NCBI GenBank assembly: GCA_963711565.1
Contig: CAVQEQ010000003.1
Coordinates: forward strand, 1,312,001 to 1,376,000
Source of the DNA: an uncultured delta proteobacterium
Lineage (GTDB): Bacteria > Desulfobacterota > Binatia > Binatales > Binataceae
Direction: 5' to 3'
DNA: 64,000 nt
Shown here: positions 29,060-38,551 of the stretch, piece after piece
How the letters are laid out: the number at the start of each line of letters is the position of its first letter
How positions within the stretch are numbered: position 1 is the stretch's first letter
Made by a program: the position numbers and the translations under genes
Notes under the pieces: generated by a model
The model's input: only the letters and a program-made list of their open reading frames with translations
What the model was told of the DNA's origin: nothing
Databases searched by the model: none

Positions 29060-29094
29060 AGGGCCGCAGGTGATGGACCTGCGGCCCTTTTGTT
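29060..29094 (+). terminator. Rho-independent terminator
   Basis: AGGGCCGCAGGT-GATGG-ACCTGCGGCCCT followed by a T tract. Confidence 0.85.
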
Positions 29095-29208
29095 CTTCCG
29101 GCACCGCAAAACAACCTAACCCAACCCAAGAGGGAAGGGGAACAATCGCGAAGAGAGGACGTAGAGGTGATTCCTGATGAACCGGTCCGTCCTTTTGGAC
29201 TCGGTCTT

Positions 29209-29397
29209 CGTGTCATTCAGAGCGAAGCGAAGAATCCCGGAGCCGTGCGTGATACCGCGGAAATTCGCGGAGTTGCCCGAAGGTCAAGTGCATTGCTACG
29301 CAGTCCACCGTCGCGCATCGCAGTCGCGCCGTGGTTGCCGTTGCATCAGTAGGCATCGAGAAAGATCCGGGATTCTTCGCTTCGCTCTGAATGACAC
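29209..29397. repeat. Inverted pair of family B repeats
   Basis: GTGTCATTCAGAGCGAAGCGAAGAATCCCGGA (~29210-29241) and its reverse complement (~29366-29397); a third copy lies at 51113-51145. Confidence 0.9.
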
Positions 29398-29453
29398 AAA
29401 GGACAAACGGACAGGCGCGCCGTGGATGCGGATGAACGAATCGCGAAATTCTG

Positions 29454-29783
29454 CTACGCGATGGACTTTGCTCTCTCTTCTTCGGCGGCGGCGCTTCTTG
29501 CAGCCAGGCGGTCGCGCATTGCGCGGTGACTTTCGCGCGTTATTGGGTAACAGCGCGCACGATCGGAAATGTTGCCGACCAGCGGGTCGGTCGTCGCGTC
29601 CAGCACCAGCGCGAGGAAGAATGCAAGTCCGGCGAGCGATGGAGAGAGGCACTTGCGATCGGTATAAAAATAGAGGAGATGAAGCCCGATTAGAGTCGCG
29701 CACAGGTTGAGGCCGGTCTGCGCCTGCGCGTAGATTAGCAGGGGACGAAGGCCGATCTTCTCACTCGAATCCCGGTTTGCCAC
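29454..29783 (-). pseudogene. Internally deleted GPH/MelB-family (MFS_2) transporter
   Basis: N-terminal LLYFYTD...DATTDPLVGNISDR joined directly to a C-terminal-type YPITRESHRAMRDRL tail; only about 110 aa. Confidence 0.7.
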
Positions 29784-29802
29784 GGCCCGCAAAGACTACT
29801 CG

Positions 29803-30639
29803 ATGGACACGCGGATATACAAAGCGATTGCGATTCCCCTGCTGCTGATGTGGTTCGCTGTGCTGATTCTGTCGCTCGCGCTGTCGGTGCAGGGATGCTC
29901 GACGGTCACCTCGAAGGTCAAGTCGATCATGGGGACCTCCGACGACGACGACTCGGCCGATCTCGACGACGCGGCCAACGCCAACGAAGGCGAGCCGCTG
30001 CCGCCGCCGGTCGCGAACGTCGCGATCAGCTACCGGCGTCCCGGCGACGCGCTGGCGCGGGCGACGGTGATCAAGTTCTTCGGCGCCGAAGTGATCGCGA
30101 ACCATCAACGCGACGCGACGCATACCGAGTCCGTGGTGCGATTCGACGGCGGCGTTCCAATCTGGGAGTTCAAGGCCGACGAAAGCACGTTCGGCTCTTT
30201 CACCGGCGTTGGCGAGTCCAAGTACACGCTCAAGAATATCGAGTACTCGAAAGTGCCGACGCACTTCGCGCAGGTGCTGCCCGAGGAAGGACCGCCCGAG
30301 CCGCTTGACCGCGGCTCTTACTACGTCTTTCAGATCGAACGTCAATCGGGTTCGACCAGCTACCAGGCGGTCAAGGTGCTGGCCGACGGCTCGCTGCAGG
30401 CCTACAACGCGCAACCGCGGGCGGGCAGCAGTTACCTGCTGTGCTGCAACGTGACGGCGGATTTTCCCGAACCGGTGATTCTGCCCGATACAACAACGCA
30501 AGACGCCGGAACTGCGGGCGCCTCGCCGGACGAATCTCCCGACCAATCCGGCCCTCCGCCAGACCAATCAGGCGCGAATCCAGATCAATCCGAGCCCACC
30601 CCGTCGCTCGATCCCAACCCCATGAATGGCGGGCCATAG
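29803..30639 (+). CDS. Hypothetical lipoprotein
   Basis: Hydrophobic leader with VQGC lipobox; PDQS repeats at the C-terminus. Confidence 0.7.
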   Translation: MDTRIYKAIAIPLLLMWFAVLILSLALSVQGCSTVTSKVKSIMGTSDDDDSADLDDAANANEGEPLPPPVANVAISYRRPGDALARATVIKFFGAEVIANHQRDATHTESVVRFDGGVPIWEFKADESTFGSFTGVGESKYTLKNIEYSKVPTHFAQVLPEEGPPEPLDRGSYYVFQIERQSGSTSYQAVKVLADGSLQAYNAQPRAGSSYLLCCNVTADFPEPVILPDTTTQDAGTAGASPDESPDQSGPPPDQSGANPDQSEPTPSLDPNPMNGGP

Positions 30640-30748
30640 CGCCTTAATCACTCTTTTTCGCCCATTTGCTGCCTGATTCGACTACTCCTTGAGCTCAAAA
30701 TTCCGTAATAAATCGGCCTAGTCCTCTTGTTCGAAGAGCCGCTCATTT

Positions 30749-30792
30749 ATGAATTTATATTCAGTTATGAGTCAATAATCGGAATTGACTCA
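30749..30792. promoter_or_regulatory. Putative TetR operators
   Basis: TGAAT-TTAT-ATTCA and TGAGTCAAT-N7-ATTGACTCA (30768-30792) just upstream of tetR. Confidence 0.6.
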
Positions 30793-30820
30793 CGATTCAT
30801 TTTTCGTCATAAACTGTCTC

Positions 30821-31432
30821 GTGGGAGAAGTTGCTCGACAAGCTGGCGACGCGCCTAACCGGTTCGATCGGCGGCGCGAAAAAACGCGCTTCGATCTGAT
30901 GCAGGCGGCCGAGCGCGTCATCTCGAGCAAGGGCTACCATCAGACGCGCATCGCCGACATCGCCACTGAAGCCGACGTTGGCCTCGGCACCTTCTACCTC
31001 CACTTCAAGACCAAGAACGAAATTTTCATCGAGCTGATCGAGCATGGCGCGGCGGAGTTGCGTAAGAATCTCGCCGAGGCGAAGGCGGGCCTGCATACGC
31101 CGGCTGAGAAGCTCAAGGTCACGATCGATACGATTCTCGACGCGGCGGCCGAGGCGCCCGAACTTTTCCGAATAGTGTTCGGCCACAGCCCCGCGTTTCT
31201 CGATCTGATGGTCCGCGTCCACGAGGTGTTCATCGACGACCTGCGCGACGACCTTGCGCCCGCGGTCGGCGAGCGCGCGGACGCGATTGCGCATCTGACG
31301 ATCGGGATGTTGTCGCAGGCTATTTCGTGGCTGCTCGCGAGCCGCGATCTCTCTCACGCGGAATTGAAAAACGTCACCGTAAATTTTGCCTTGGGCGGAC
31401 TCGAGCGCGCGGCACGGCTCGGCGCCCCGTGA
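30821..31432 (+). CDS. TetR/AcrR family regulator
   Basis: KGYHQTRIADIATEADVGLGTFYLHFKTKNEI. Start uncertain (30785 or 30821). Confidence 0.92.
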   Translation: MGEVARQAGDAPNRFDRRREKTRFDLMQAAERVISSKGYHQTRIADIATEADVGLGTFYLHFKTKNEIFIELIEHGAAELRKNLAEAKAGLHTPAEKLKVTIDTILDAAAEAPELFRIVFGHSPAFLDLMVRVHEVFIDDLRDDLAPAVGERADAIAHLTIGMLSQAISWLLASRDLSHAELKNVTVNFALGGLERAARLGAP

Positions 31433-31458
31433 AAAAGTGAATCTGGAGGATTCTCACA

Positions 31459-32457
31459 ATGGCCCACGACCACACGATTGTTAACACCGACCTGGAAAGC
31501 GTTTTCCACTGGGACTACAGCGTCAAGTTCCCTCAGATGGACCGGCTGTACGAGAACGCCAAGCGCGATCAGTGGAACGTCTCGACCACCATCAACTGGG
31601 ACCGTCCGATCGAGAAGGAAGTCCTGGACATGACGATGATGCCGATGTTCCAGACCGAGCTCTATCGCTCGTTGAGCGACGAGAACAAGTTCCAGCTCGG
31701 CCGCAAATTCGCCGCGTGGCGGCTCTCGCAATTTCTGCACGGCGAGCAGGGCGCGCTGATGGTTTGCGGGCAGTTGGTTGACGCGGTGCCGGACCTCGAC
31801 GCCAAGATGAACGCGGCGGCGCAGGTCTTCGACGAGGCGCGTCACGTCGAAGGTTTCCGCAAGTACATCACCAAGCTCGATCGCATCTACCCGATCGATC
31901 CCACGCTCGAACGGCTGCTGACCACCGTCATGGAACACGATCGTTGGGAGCCCAAGTACGTCGGGATGCAGGTCGTGGCCGAGGGGCTGGCCATCGCGGC
32001 GTTCCGCTTTATGCAGCGCGAGACCAAGGACGAGCTGCTCAAGGAGCTGCTCGAGTACATCATGAAAGATGAGGCGCGCCACGTCGGCTTCGGCATGCTC
32101 GCGCTGCGCGACGCCGTGACCAAGCTCAAGGGCAAGGACAAGAAGGACCTCGAGGACTTCGCCTTCGCCGCGTGCGACATGATGGTGACGAAAGTCGTTG
32201 ACGGCGTGCCCAAGGACGGCTTCCTGTCGGGCGCGTCGGTGTTCGAGGAAGTGGGCATCTCGATGAAGGACATCGAGGAAGAGATGCATCGCAATCCGGC
32301 GTGGGCGGCGGCGGAGAACGACATGGAGAAGCAGTTCAACTCGTTCCTGTTCGTCGATACGATCATCCCGTGCCTGCGGCAGATCGATCTGATCAACGAC
32401 CGCACCGAGTCGTGGTACCAGCAGCTCGGCGTGATGCAGATGGCTTCGGCGGCATAG
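31459..32457 (+). CDS. Ferritin-like diiron protein (AurF-like oxygenase)
   Basis: GEQGAL...DEARH...EGLA...DEARH diiron ligands; GGAGG RBS. Confidence 0.85.
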   Translation: MAHDHTIVNTDLESVFHWDYSVKFPQMDRLYENAKRDQWNVSTTINWDRPIEKEVLDMTMMPMFQTELYRSLSDENKFQLGRKFAAWRLSQFLHGEQGALMVCGQLVDAVPDLDAKMNAAAQVFDEARHVEGFRKYITKLDRIYPIDPTLERLLTTVMEHDRWEPKYVGMQVVAEGLAIAAFRFMQRETKDELLKELLEYIMKDEARHVGFGMLALRDAVTKLKGKDKKDLEDFAFAACDMMVTKVVDGVPKDGFLSGASVFEEVGISMKDIEEEMHRNPAWAAAENDMEKQFNSFLFVDTIIPCLRQIDLINDRTESWYQQLGVMQMASAA

Positions 32458-32484
32458 CTCGCGATTAGCACAGCCAGAATGATG

Positions 32485-32520
32485 AAGGGCCGGTCGTCAA
32501 CGACCGGCCCTTTTTGTTTT
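32485..32520 (+). terminator. Rho-independent terminator
   Basis: AAGGGCCGGTCG-TCAA-CGACCGGCCCTT followed by a T tract. Confidence 0.88.
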
Positions 32521-32632
32521 CTAGCGGGTCGCGCGAAAGGTTGGTTCGCGTTTATTGATTTGCTGTTGTCGAATTGACATTTTGTTTATAGCAGAAGATG
32601 ACCGGAATAAATTGCAGCGAAGACCAGGGGGC

Positions 32633-33138
32633 GACAGAATAAATTCCGTCCTGCTATGAATCCGTGGAAATCGCCTGAGTTGAGTTTCCGCAGAAGGCAC
32701 CTGCCGCACCTCGAAGTGCCGAACGCCACTTATTTCGTCAGTTTCACTTGTCAATATAGACGCGAGCTGCCGGCCGAAGCGCGGGACCTCCTAATGGCTG
32801 AGATTCGATCGTTGGACAAAGACACCATCGACCTGGATGCTGCGGTGGTAATGCCCGATCATGCGCATGCGATTTTCCGAGTGATCGGGACGCTCACCCT
32901 CACCCAGGTTCTGAAAGGCATCAAAGGCCGCAGCGCTCACCGGATCAATGAGATCACAGAACGGCAGGGCCAAGTCTGGGCACAGGAAACCTTCGATCAC
33001 ATTGTAAGGAGTGAAGCCGATTGGCAAGAGAAAATTGAATACGTTCGCCAGAATCCAGTTAAATGGGGATTAGTGTCATCTCCAGAGGAGTACAACTGGC
33101 TGTATGTTCGTATCAAGTAGGACGGAATTTATTCCGTC
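32633..33138 (+). mobile_element. REP-flanked RAYT element
   Basis: Inverted 22-bp REPs at 32633-32654 and 33117-33138 (GTAG-GACGGAAT-TT-ATTCCGTC) bracket a Y1 transposase. Confidence 0.85.
32656..33120 (+). CDS. rayT: REP-associated tyrosine transposase (RAYT, Y1 HUH)
   Basis: RRHLPH, YFVSF, VVMPDHAH (HUH), VW.QETFDHIVRS, YVRQNPVKWGLV. Confidence 0.88.
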   Translation: MNPWKSPELSFRRRHLPHLEVPNATYFVSFTCQYRRELPAEARDLLMAEIRSLDKDTIDLDAAVVMPDHAHAIFRVIGTLTLTQVLKGIKGRSAHRINEITERQGQVWAQETFDHIVRSEADWQEKIEYVRQNPVKWGLVSSPEEYNWLYVRIK

Positions 33139-33160
33139 GGAGGCAGTAGAGAGGAGCGAG

Positions 33161-33664
33161 CTACTTCCGGAATTTCGCGAGCGCTGGGCCACTTAGCTTG
33201 TAATTCGGCTCGCCGAATTCTTCGTCAACGCCGCCGGTCGGCTCGAAGCCCAGGCTCGTGTACAAAGCGGCGGCGTTGGTGTTGGTGCGGAAGCAGGTTA
33301 GCTGGACGGCTTGGCATCGGGGATAGCGGGCGGCGATCATTTTGAGCACCTTGACCATCGCGGCGCGGCCGTAACCTTTGCCCTGATGCTCCGCGGCGAT
33401 CATGATGTCGTCGATCCAGTAGTTCTCGGGGCTGTTCGGATCGCAAACCGTTGTCGCGTAGCCGACTATCTCGTCGCCGGCGCGGATCAGATGCGGCAGA
33501 TGCTCGAAGTTGTCGCCGAACAGACGCACGTAGCATCGCGCGAGCGTCCATCGCGGCGGCGTGACGTAAGTGTGCTGCTCGGGCCGAAGCTCCATCCTGA
33601 ACAGCTTGCGAAAATTGTTCCGATCGATCGGCTCGAGAACTATTTCGTGATCGGTCTTCTTCAT
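33161..33664 (-). CDS. GNAT N-acetyltransferase
   Basis: HQGKGYGR acetyl-CoA motif, NTNAAALYTSLGF; ATGA overlap with the vWA gene. Confidence 0.9.
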   Translation of the reverse strand: MKKTDHEIVLEPIDRNNFRKLFRMELRPEQHTYVTPPRWTLARCYVRLFGDNFEHLPHLIRAGDEIVGYATTVCDPNSPENYWIDDIMIAAEHQGKGYGRAAMVKVLKMIAARYPRCQAVQLTCFRTNTNAAALYTSLGFEPTGGVDEEFGEPNYKLSGPALAKFRK

Positions 33665-35268
33665 GATTGCACGTGCAGAAAAATGTCGCGGGCGTGCTCG
33701 TCGCTGATGCGCTTGACTGACGTGATTCGATCGGCGAATTGCGCCAGCGACAACGTCTCCGCCGAGCCCACGTCAACCAGCACTGCGAAGATCGAAAAGT
33801 CCAGCTCGTCTTTGCGCCCACGTAAACGCGCCAGCCAATCCGGACTGACCTGCGACTCGCCGTCGGTGATAATCACGATGTCGCCGCGCTTGAGTTTCTT
33901 TTCGCCGAGCAGTTCGACCGCAGCGTCGATTGGACTCTCGAAGTCGGTGCCGCCGCCGGGAAAGTACTCGGCCATCTCGACGACCTTGTTCAGGTCCGGC
34001 GCGTAGCGCCGCTCGCGATTCAGGTCGAGCACCTTGAGGCTCACGTCGCCCGACGAAAACATGACGGCGCGAAACAGCCGGCGCTGGCGGCGCGCGATAT
34101 CCATCAGCGTCAGCGCGACCGCCTTCGACCACATCTCCTTGTCGCCCTGCATCGAGGAGCTCACGTCGATACACACGACCATCGGCCCTTTGCCCTTCTG
34201 CTCGTCGTCGCGCAGGCGGTACTGAAGTACGGTGCCTTCGAGCACGCGGCGATGGAAGTCGCGCTTGAGCACGGGATGATGCATCGCGAGCAGCTCGGCG
34301 GGAATCAGGCGTCCGAGCTCGGCGCCGAGCTCGATGTCGTAAGCCTCGGCGACGCCGCGTTCGAGCGTTTTGCGCTTGAGAGCGCGCGCGTCCTGCTTAA
34401 ACCGCCCGACCATCCGCGCCAGCTCGCCGAGTTTCTTGTTGCGCGCGAGGCGCCGCCCGAGTTCGAGGCGCGCACCGGCCGCGACGCGTCCGCCTTGTCC
34501 GAATTCGCGGCTGAAGTCATGACTGTCCTCGGCTGCCTGATCGATTTCCGCGGCCAGCTCGCCGGTCCTGAGCTGCATGCGTTTGAGGGCGGTCTGATCG
34601 GCGCCCTTGAGTTGAGTCTCGAACTGCCGCGACTTCTGATTGAGCCGCGCTTCGGACACTTTGGCCGCGCGCTCGGCCGCGTCGGCCATCTCGGTCAGCT
34701 CTTTCTTAGTCGCCTGATCTTTTCCTTCGCCCGATTCATCCTCGCCCTGTTGCGATTCCTGCATCTCGTTGACGGCTTTCACTGCTTCGGCGCGCGCTTC
34801 GAGATCCTGCTCCTGCCGCGCGAGGTTCCACAGATCGAGCATCTCGTTGCGATTGATCAGCTTTTCGGACTTCATCATCTCGAGCGCATGCTCGCTCATC
34901 ACGATCGCGGCAATCGCGGCCTTGTCTTCTTCGAGGGCGGTGCGCGAGCGCAGCGCCTGGAACGGCGCCGACGGGACGATTTGCTCGAGGATCGTGCGGT
35001 TGAGCGCGGCCGCGAGGCGCACGTCGCCGGATTTGCGCATCACAGGGTTCATCTTGAACAGCGCCAGGAACATGTCCTGCACCAGCGCGCCGAAATGGGG
35101 CACCAGCCGCTCGCCCGATTCGGCGAGGTCGGCGATCGACGGCGCGTCGGCGACGATTTCATTCCAAGTGCGCCGATCGTAGCTGTCGCTCTCGAACCAC
35201 GACGCGTTGGCAGGCACGACCGGCACGTACATGCGTCGCGGCTTGACGATTTTGGCTTTGCGCGCCAT
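33661..35268 (-). CDS. ViaA-like vWA domain protein
   Basis: GAELGRLIPAEL, GKGPMVVCIDVSSSM, GGGTDF, IVIITDG. Confidence 0.85.
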   Translation of the reverse strand: MARKAKIVKPRRMYVPVVPANASWFESDSYDRRTWNEIVADAPSIADLAESGERLVPHFGALVQDMFLALFKMNPVMRKSGDVRLAAALNRTILEQIVPSAPFQALRSRTALEEDKAAIAAIVMSEHALEMMKSEKLINRNEMLDLWNLARQEQDLEARAEAVKAVNEMQESQQGEDESGEGKDQATKKELTEMADAAERAAKVSEARLNQKSRQFETQLKGADQTALKRMQLRTGELAAEIDQAAEDSHDFSREFGQGGRVAAGARLELGRRLARNKKLGELARMVGRFKQDARALKRKTLERGVAEAYDIELGAELGRLIPAELLAMHHPVLKRDFHRRVLEGTVLQYRLRDDEQKGKGPMVVCIDVSSSMQGDKEMWSKAVALTLMDIARRQRRLFRAVMFSSGDVSLKVLDLNRERRYAPDLNKVVEMAEYFPGGGTDFESPIDAAVELLGEKKLKRGDIVIITDGESQVSPDWLARLRGRKDELDFSIFAVLVDVGSAETLSLAQFADRITSVKRISDEHARDIFLHVQS

Positions 35269-35392
35269 CGGGATCGATCCTACGTCAGTAAAAACCCGCT
35301 CGCCATCGCCATTGCGTCACGATGGTCCTTGAATGTATCGCTGTATCGGTAACAGAATTGTAACAAGGGTGCGCACGCGACCCGCCAACTAG

Positions 35393-36430
35393 ATGACGCA
35401 GGAATCGAACACGCTCTCGAACCGCCAGCACGCGCTGGTCCTCGCGGCCGTGCAGGAATTCATCTCGACTGCCGAGCCGGTGGGATCGGCGCAGATCGTC
35501 GCGCGCCATCAGCTTGGCGTGCGCGCCGCGATGGTCCGCAACATGATGGCCGAGCTCGAGGACGGCGGTTACCTGCGCCAGCCGCATACGTCGGCCGGCC
35601 GCGTGCCGACCGAGAAGGCGTTTCGCTACTATGTCGATCATCTGGCCGCGGCGACGCGAATCGGCTTCGAGGATCGCGCGCAGATTGAGCTCCACTACTC
35701 AAACGCCGTGCGCAACCTCGGCGAAGTCCTGCGCGACACGCCGCGCCTGCTTTCGATTCTGACTGGGCAAGCGGCGCTGGTGATGGCGCCGCGGCTGGAA
35801 ACCTCGATCCTCGAGCGCGTCAATTTCGTGCGCCTGCGCGACAACCAGGTACTGGCGGTTTTCGTCGCGTCGAAAGGCGCGATGCAGAATCGAATCGTCG
35901 ATACCGAGCGCGACCATTCGCAGGACGAGCTCGATCGCATGGCGCGCTACCTCAACGAGTCGCTCGAAGGACGCACGCTCGACGAGGCGCGCCGGTGGAT
36001 CGAGGCGCAACTGCGCGAGGAGCGCGCCAACTACGATCGTTTCATGCACGACGCGCTGGCGCTCGGCGAGGCGCTGGCTGATTACGTCGGGCGTGCGGAG
36101 TTGTACGTTGAGGGCAGCCTGCAGGCGCTCGAGCAGCCGGAGTTTTCGGATCGCGGCAAAATGCGCGAGCTGCTGCGCGCGCTCGACGACAAAACCGCGC
36201 TGCTCGAACTGCTCGAGCGCAGCCTGACTAACGCCGGCCTGACCGTGTCGATCGGCTCGGAGAACTACGACCCGCGCCTGTCGTCGTTGAGCGTGGTCGC
36301 TGCGTCGTACGCCAGCGGCTCGAGCGCGCTGGGCAGCCTCGCGATAGTCGGTCCGGTGCGGATGGACTACGACCGCGTCATCCCTCTCGTCGAGTACACG
36401 GCGCGCGCCTTGTCGCGGCTGATGGATTGA
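35393..36430 (+). CDS. hrcA: Heat-inducible transcription repressor HrcA
   Basis: EPVGS, VRNMMAELE, QPHTSAGRVPT, IVGPVRMDY. Confidence 0.95.
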   Translation: MTQESNTLSNRQHALVLAAVQEFISTAEPVGSAQIVARHQLGVRAAMVRNMMAELEDGGYLRQPHTSAGRVPTEKAFRYYVDHLAAATRIGFEDRAQIELHYSNAVRNLGEVLRDTPRLLSILTGQAALVMAPRLETSILERVNFVRLRDNQVLAVFVASKGAMQNRIVDTERDHSQDELDRMARYLNESLEGRTLDEARRWIEAQLREERANYDRFMHDALALGEALADYVGRAELYVEGSLQALEQPEFSDRGKMRELLRALDDKTALLELLERSLTNAGLTVSIGSENYDPRLSSLSVVAASYASGSSALGSLAIVGPVRMDYDRVIPLVEYTARALSRLMD

Positions 36431-36437
36431 CTCAATT

Positions 36438-36501
36438 GAATGTGAAACCCGCGGTGGGTTTCACGCTTCCTTCGGCAGGGGTGACCCCTGCACCCAGTAT
36501 C
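36438..36501 (+). repeat. Family A repeat, copy 2
   Basis: Near-identical to 935-996. Confidence 0.9.
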
Positions 36502-36542
36502 AAGAAACTCATGCAGTCACGCCAGTTTTTTCGCTCTGAGCA

Positions 36543-36569
36543 TTAGCCATACTGACGTAACTGTGCTAA
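36543..36569. promoter_or_regulatory. Degenerate CIRCE-like site
   Basis: TTAGCcaTa-N9-ctGTGCTAA versus consensus TTAGCACTC-N9-GAGTGCTAA; exact spacing, 13/18 matches. Confidence 0.45.
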
Positions 36570-36628
36570 ATAATTTATCTTAAGACTCCCGGCACCTGCG
36601 GCCATTCCGAGTTAGGGAGGTGGCTTTT

Positions 36629-36847
36629 ATGGAACGGGTTGAAGTGGTTGGCGGCAATGTTTTCGTGATTCGGACGCGTCAGTTGAGTCCCGACTGGTGG
36701 TGCTGCGACCTTTACGAGCGAGTCGAAACGGACGCCGGCGTCGAGGCATTCGTGCTCGAGGATTTCGGCCAATCGGAAATCGAGGCAATCGGGATGGCGC
36801 TGAGCGACGCGCACGAGCCCAACCACGTCCAGCATCACCACCACTGA
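36629..36847 (+). CDS. Small acidic hypothetical protein with His tail
   Basis: GGGAGG RBS; WWCC motif; ends HVQHHHH. Alternative start at 36620. Confidence 0.65.
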   Translation: MERVEVVGGNVFVIRTRQLSPDWWCCDLYERVETDAGVEAFVLEDFGQSEIEAIGMALSDAHEPNHVQHHHH

Positions 36848-36865
36848 TTCGCGCCGCGCCGAACT

Positions 36866-38551
36866 TCAAACTTTCCCTGCCGACGGCAATATTTTCTGCC
36901 GCTCGTAATCAGCAGTAACAGTCTCGATTGAGTCCGCCTGATCGGGCGACTTGTCGTCGCGGATGCGCACGATTCGCGCGAATCGCAGCGCCATCCCCGC
37001 GTCGTAATTCGGGCTGCGCTGGATATCATTATACGCGACCTCGACGACGACCTCCGGGCGCACTGTCACAACGCCGCGCGACTCGGCCGTCTTGAGCGCG
37101 AGCAGCCGTTCGGTGATCGCGCGGAATTGTTCGTCGCTGAGACCCTTGAACGTTTTGCCGAGCATCGCGAACCCGCCATTCTTCGGGTCGCGCGCGGCGA
37201 GATGGTAGTTCGACAGCCATCCGTGTCGGCGACCGTAACCCCACTCCGCCGCGACAATCACGAGGTCCAGCGTGTGCGTATGCTTTATCTTGAGCCATCC
37301 GCGGCCGCGCGCGCCGGGCGTGTACGCACTCGCGAGCGACTTCGCCATCACGCCTTCGTATCCGGCAGCGACGGCGTCGGCGTAAAATTTCTCGGCGTCG
37401 GCGAGATTCGGCTTGATGATGCGCTCGACGATTTCCAGGCCGGCCGATGACCGCAACTCCTCGAGCATGGAAATTCTATCCGCCCACGGGCGATCGATCG
37501 TAAGCGCGCCGTCGAGCGCGAGCACGTCGAACACATAGAGCTTCAACGGCTGTTCGGCGCGCGCTTTGTCAACGTCGCGCGTGCGTCCAAACCGGCGCAT
37601 CAGATCCTGAAATGCGGCCGGACGCCCCGACGCGTCAACGCCGATCACCTCGCCGTCGAGGATAGCGTGGCTGGCGCCGATTCGATTCACGAGCTCGACC
37701 ACGTCGGGGATGCTCTCGGTGATCTCGTTGAGCCGGCGCGAGAAGATTCGTACATCGCCGTCGGCCGCATGATGTATCTGCACGCGCGCACCGTCGAGTT
37801 TGTGCTCGAACGATAGTTCGGGGCCGAGCGTGGCGAATGCTTCCGCAACATCGGCGACCGGAAAGGCCAGCATCGGCTTGAGCGGCTTGACGGCGCGCGG
37901 ACTCGTCGCAGAGCCGGCAGCGGCGGACTTTTCCGCGCCGGGCGAGCGAATCATCCGCACCACGCGGCCGAGGTCGGCCTCGAGCATGTGAATCCGGCGC
38001 ACTTCGGTGACCGGCCGCGCGCCCATCCGAGCAATCGCCTCGAGCATCAGCCCTTCGCTGACGCCGTGGCGCATCTCGCCGATAAGAATCTTCGCGATGT
38101 ACTTACCTTCGAATGCCGACGCACGCGTGAACAGCTCGCGCAGCGCGTCGAGCTTGCGGTTACGCGCGTGGCGTCCCTCGATCGCGGCAATCTCGGTGAA
38201 TTTTTGGTTGAGCTCGCGAATCGTAAGCGTCGGCTCGGGATCGGCGGCGCGAAGCTTGAGCGTCATCTCGATCGCCTCGCCAAAATCTTCGGCGGCGGTG
38301 AAGATGTCCTCGCCCTGGTCGGCGCTGTCGGTCATCTCGGCAACGATTTTCCAGACTGCGCGACCGCTAATCTGGAGGCGCTTTTCCTCGCCCTGCTCGA
38401 CCGCGCGGCCGACCATGAAGCGCGCCGCGATTCCAGCTTCGTCAACGTCGAGCGCGGCGAGGAACGTGCCGACCGTCTCGGCCATCTGCACCCGGCTCTG
38501 AGTCTGGCTGAGCGACTGGCAGACGACCGCGAAATCGTAAAACGAAGGCAC
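36866..38551 (-). CDS. ATP-dependent DNA ligase (LigB/archaeal type)
   Basis: PMLA, EHKLDGARVQIH (KxDG), EGVMAK, WLKIK, ALRFAR; N-terminal DNA-binding domain. Confidence 0.93.
   Translation of the reverse strand: MPSFYDFAVVCQSLSQTQSRVQMAETVGTFLAALDVDEAGIAARFMVGRAVEQGEEKRLQISGRAVWKIVAEMTDSADQGEDIFTAAEDFGEAIEMTLKLRAADPEPTLTIRELNQKFTEIAAIEGRHARNRKLDALRELFTRASAFEGKYIAKILIGEMRHGVSEGLMLEAIARMGARPVTEVRRIHMLEADLGRVVRMIRSPGAEKSAAAGSATSPRAVKPLKPMLAFPVADVAEAFATLGPELSFEHKLDGARVQIHHAADGDVRIFSRRLNEITESIPDVVELVNRIGASHAILDGEVIGVDASGRPAAFQDLMRRFGRTRDVDKARAEQPLKLYVFDVLALDGALTIDRPWADRISMLEELRSSAGLEIVERIIKPNLADAEKFYADAVAAGYEGVMAKSLASAYTPGARGRGWLKIKHTHTLDLVIVAAEWGYGRRHGWLSNYHLAARDPKNGGFAMLGKTFKGLSDEQFRAITERLLALKTAESRGVVTVRPEVVVEVAYNDIQRSPNYDAGMALRFARIVRIRDDKSPDQADSIETVTADYERQKILPSAGKV

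Noticed and set aside
36441-36465. parS half-sites (GTGAAAC / GTTTCAC) in the family A hairpin
   Set aside because: The halves are in swapped order with a 9-bp spacer, which is not parS geometry.
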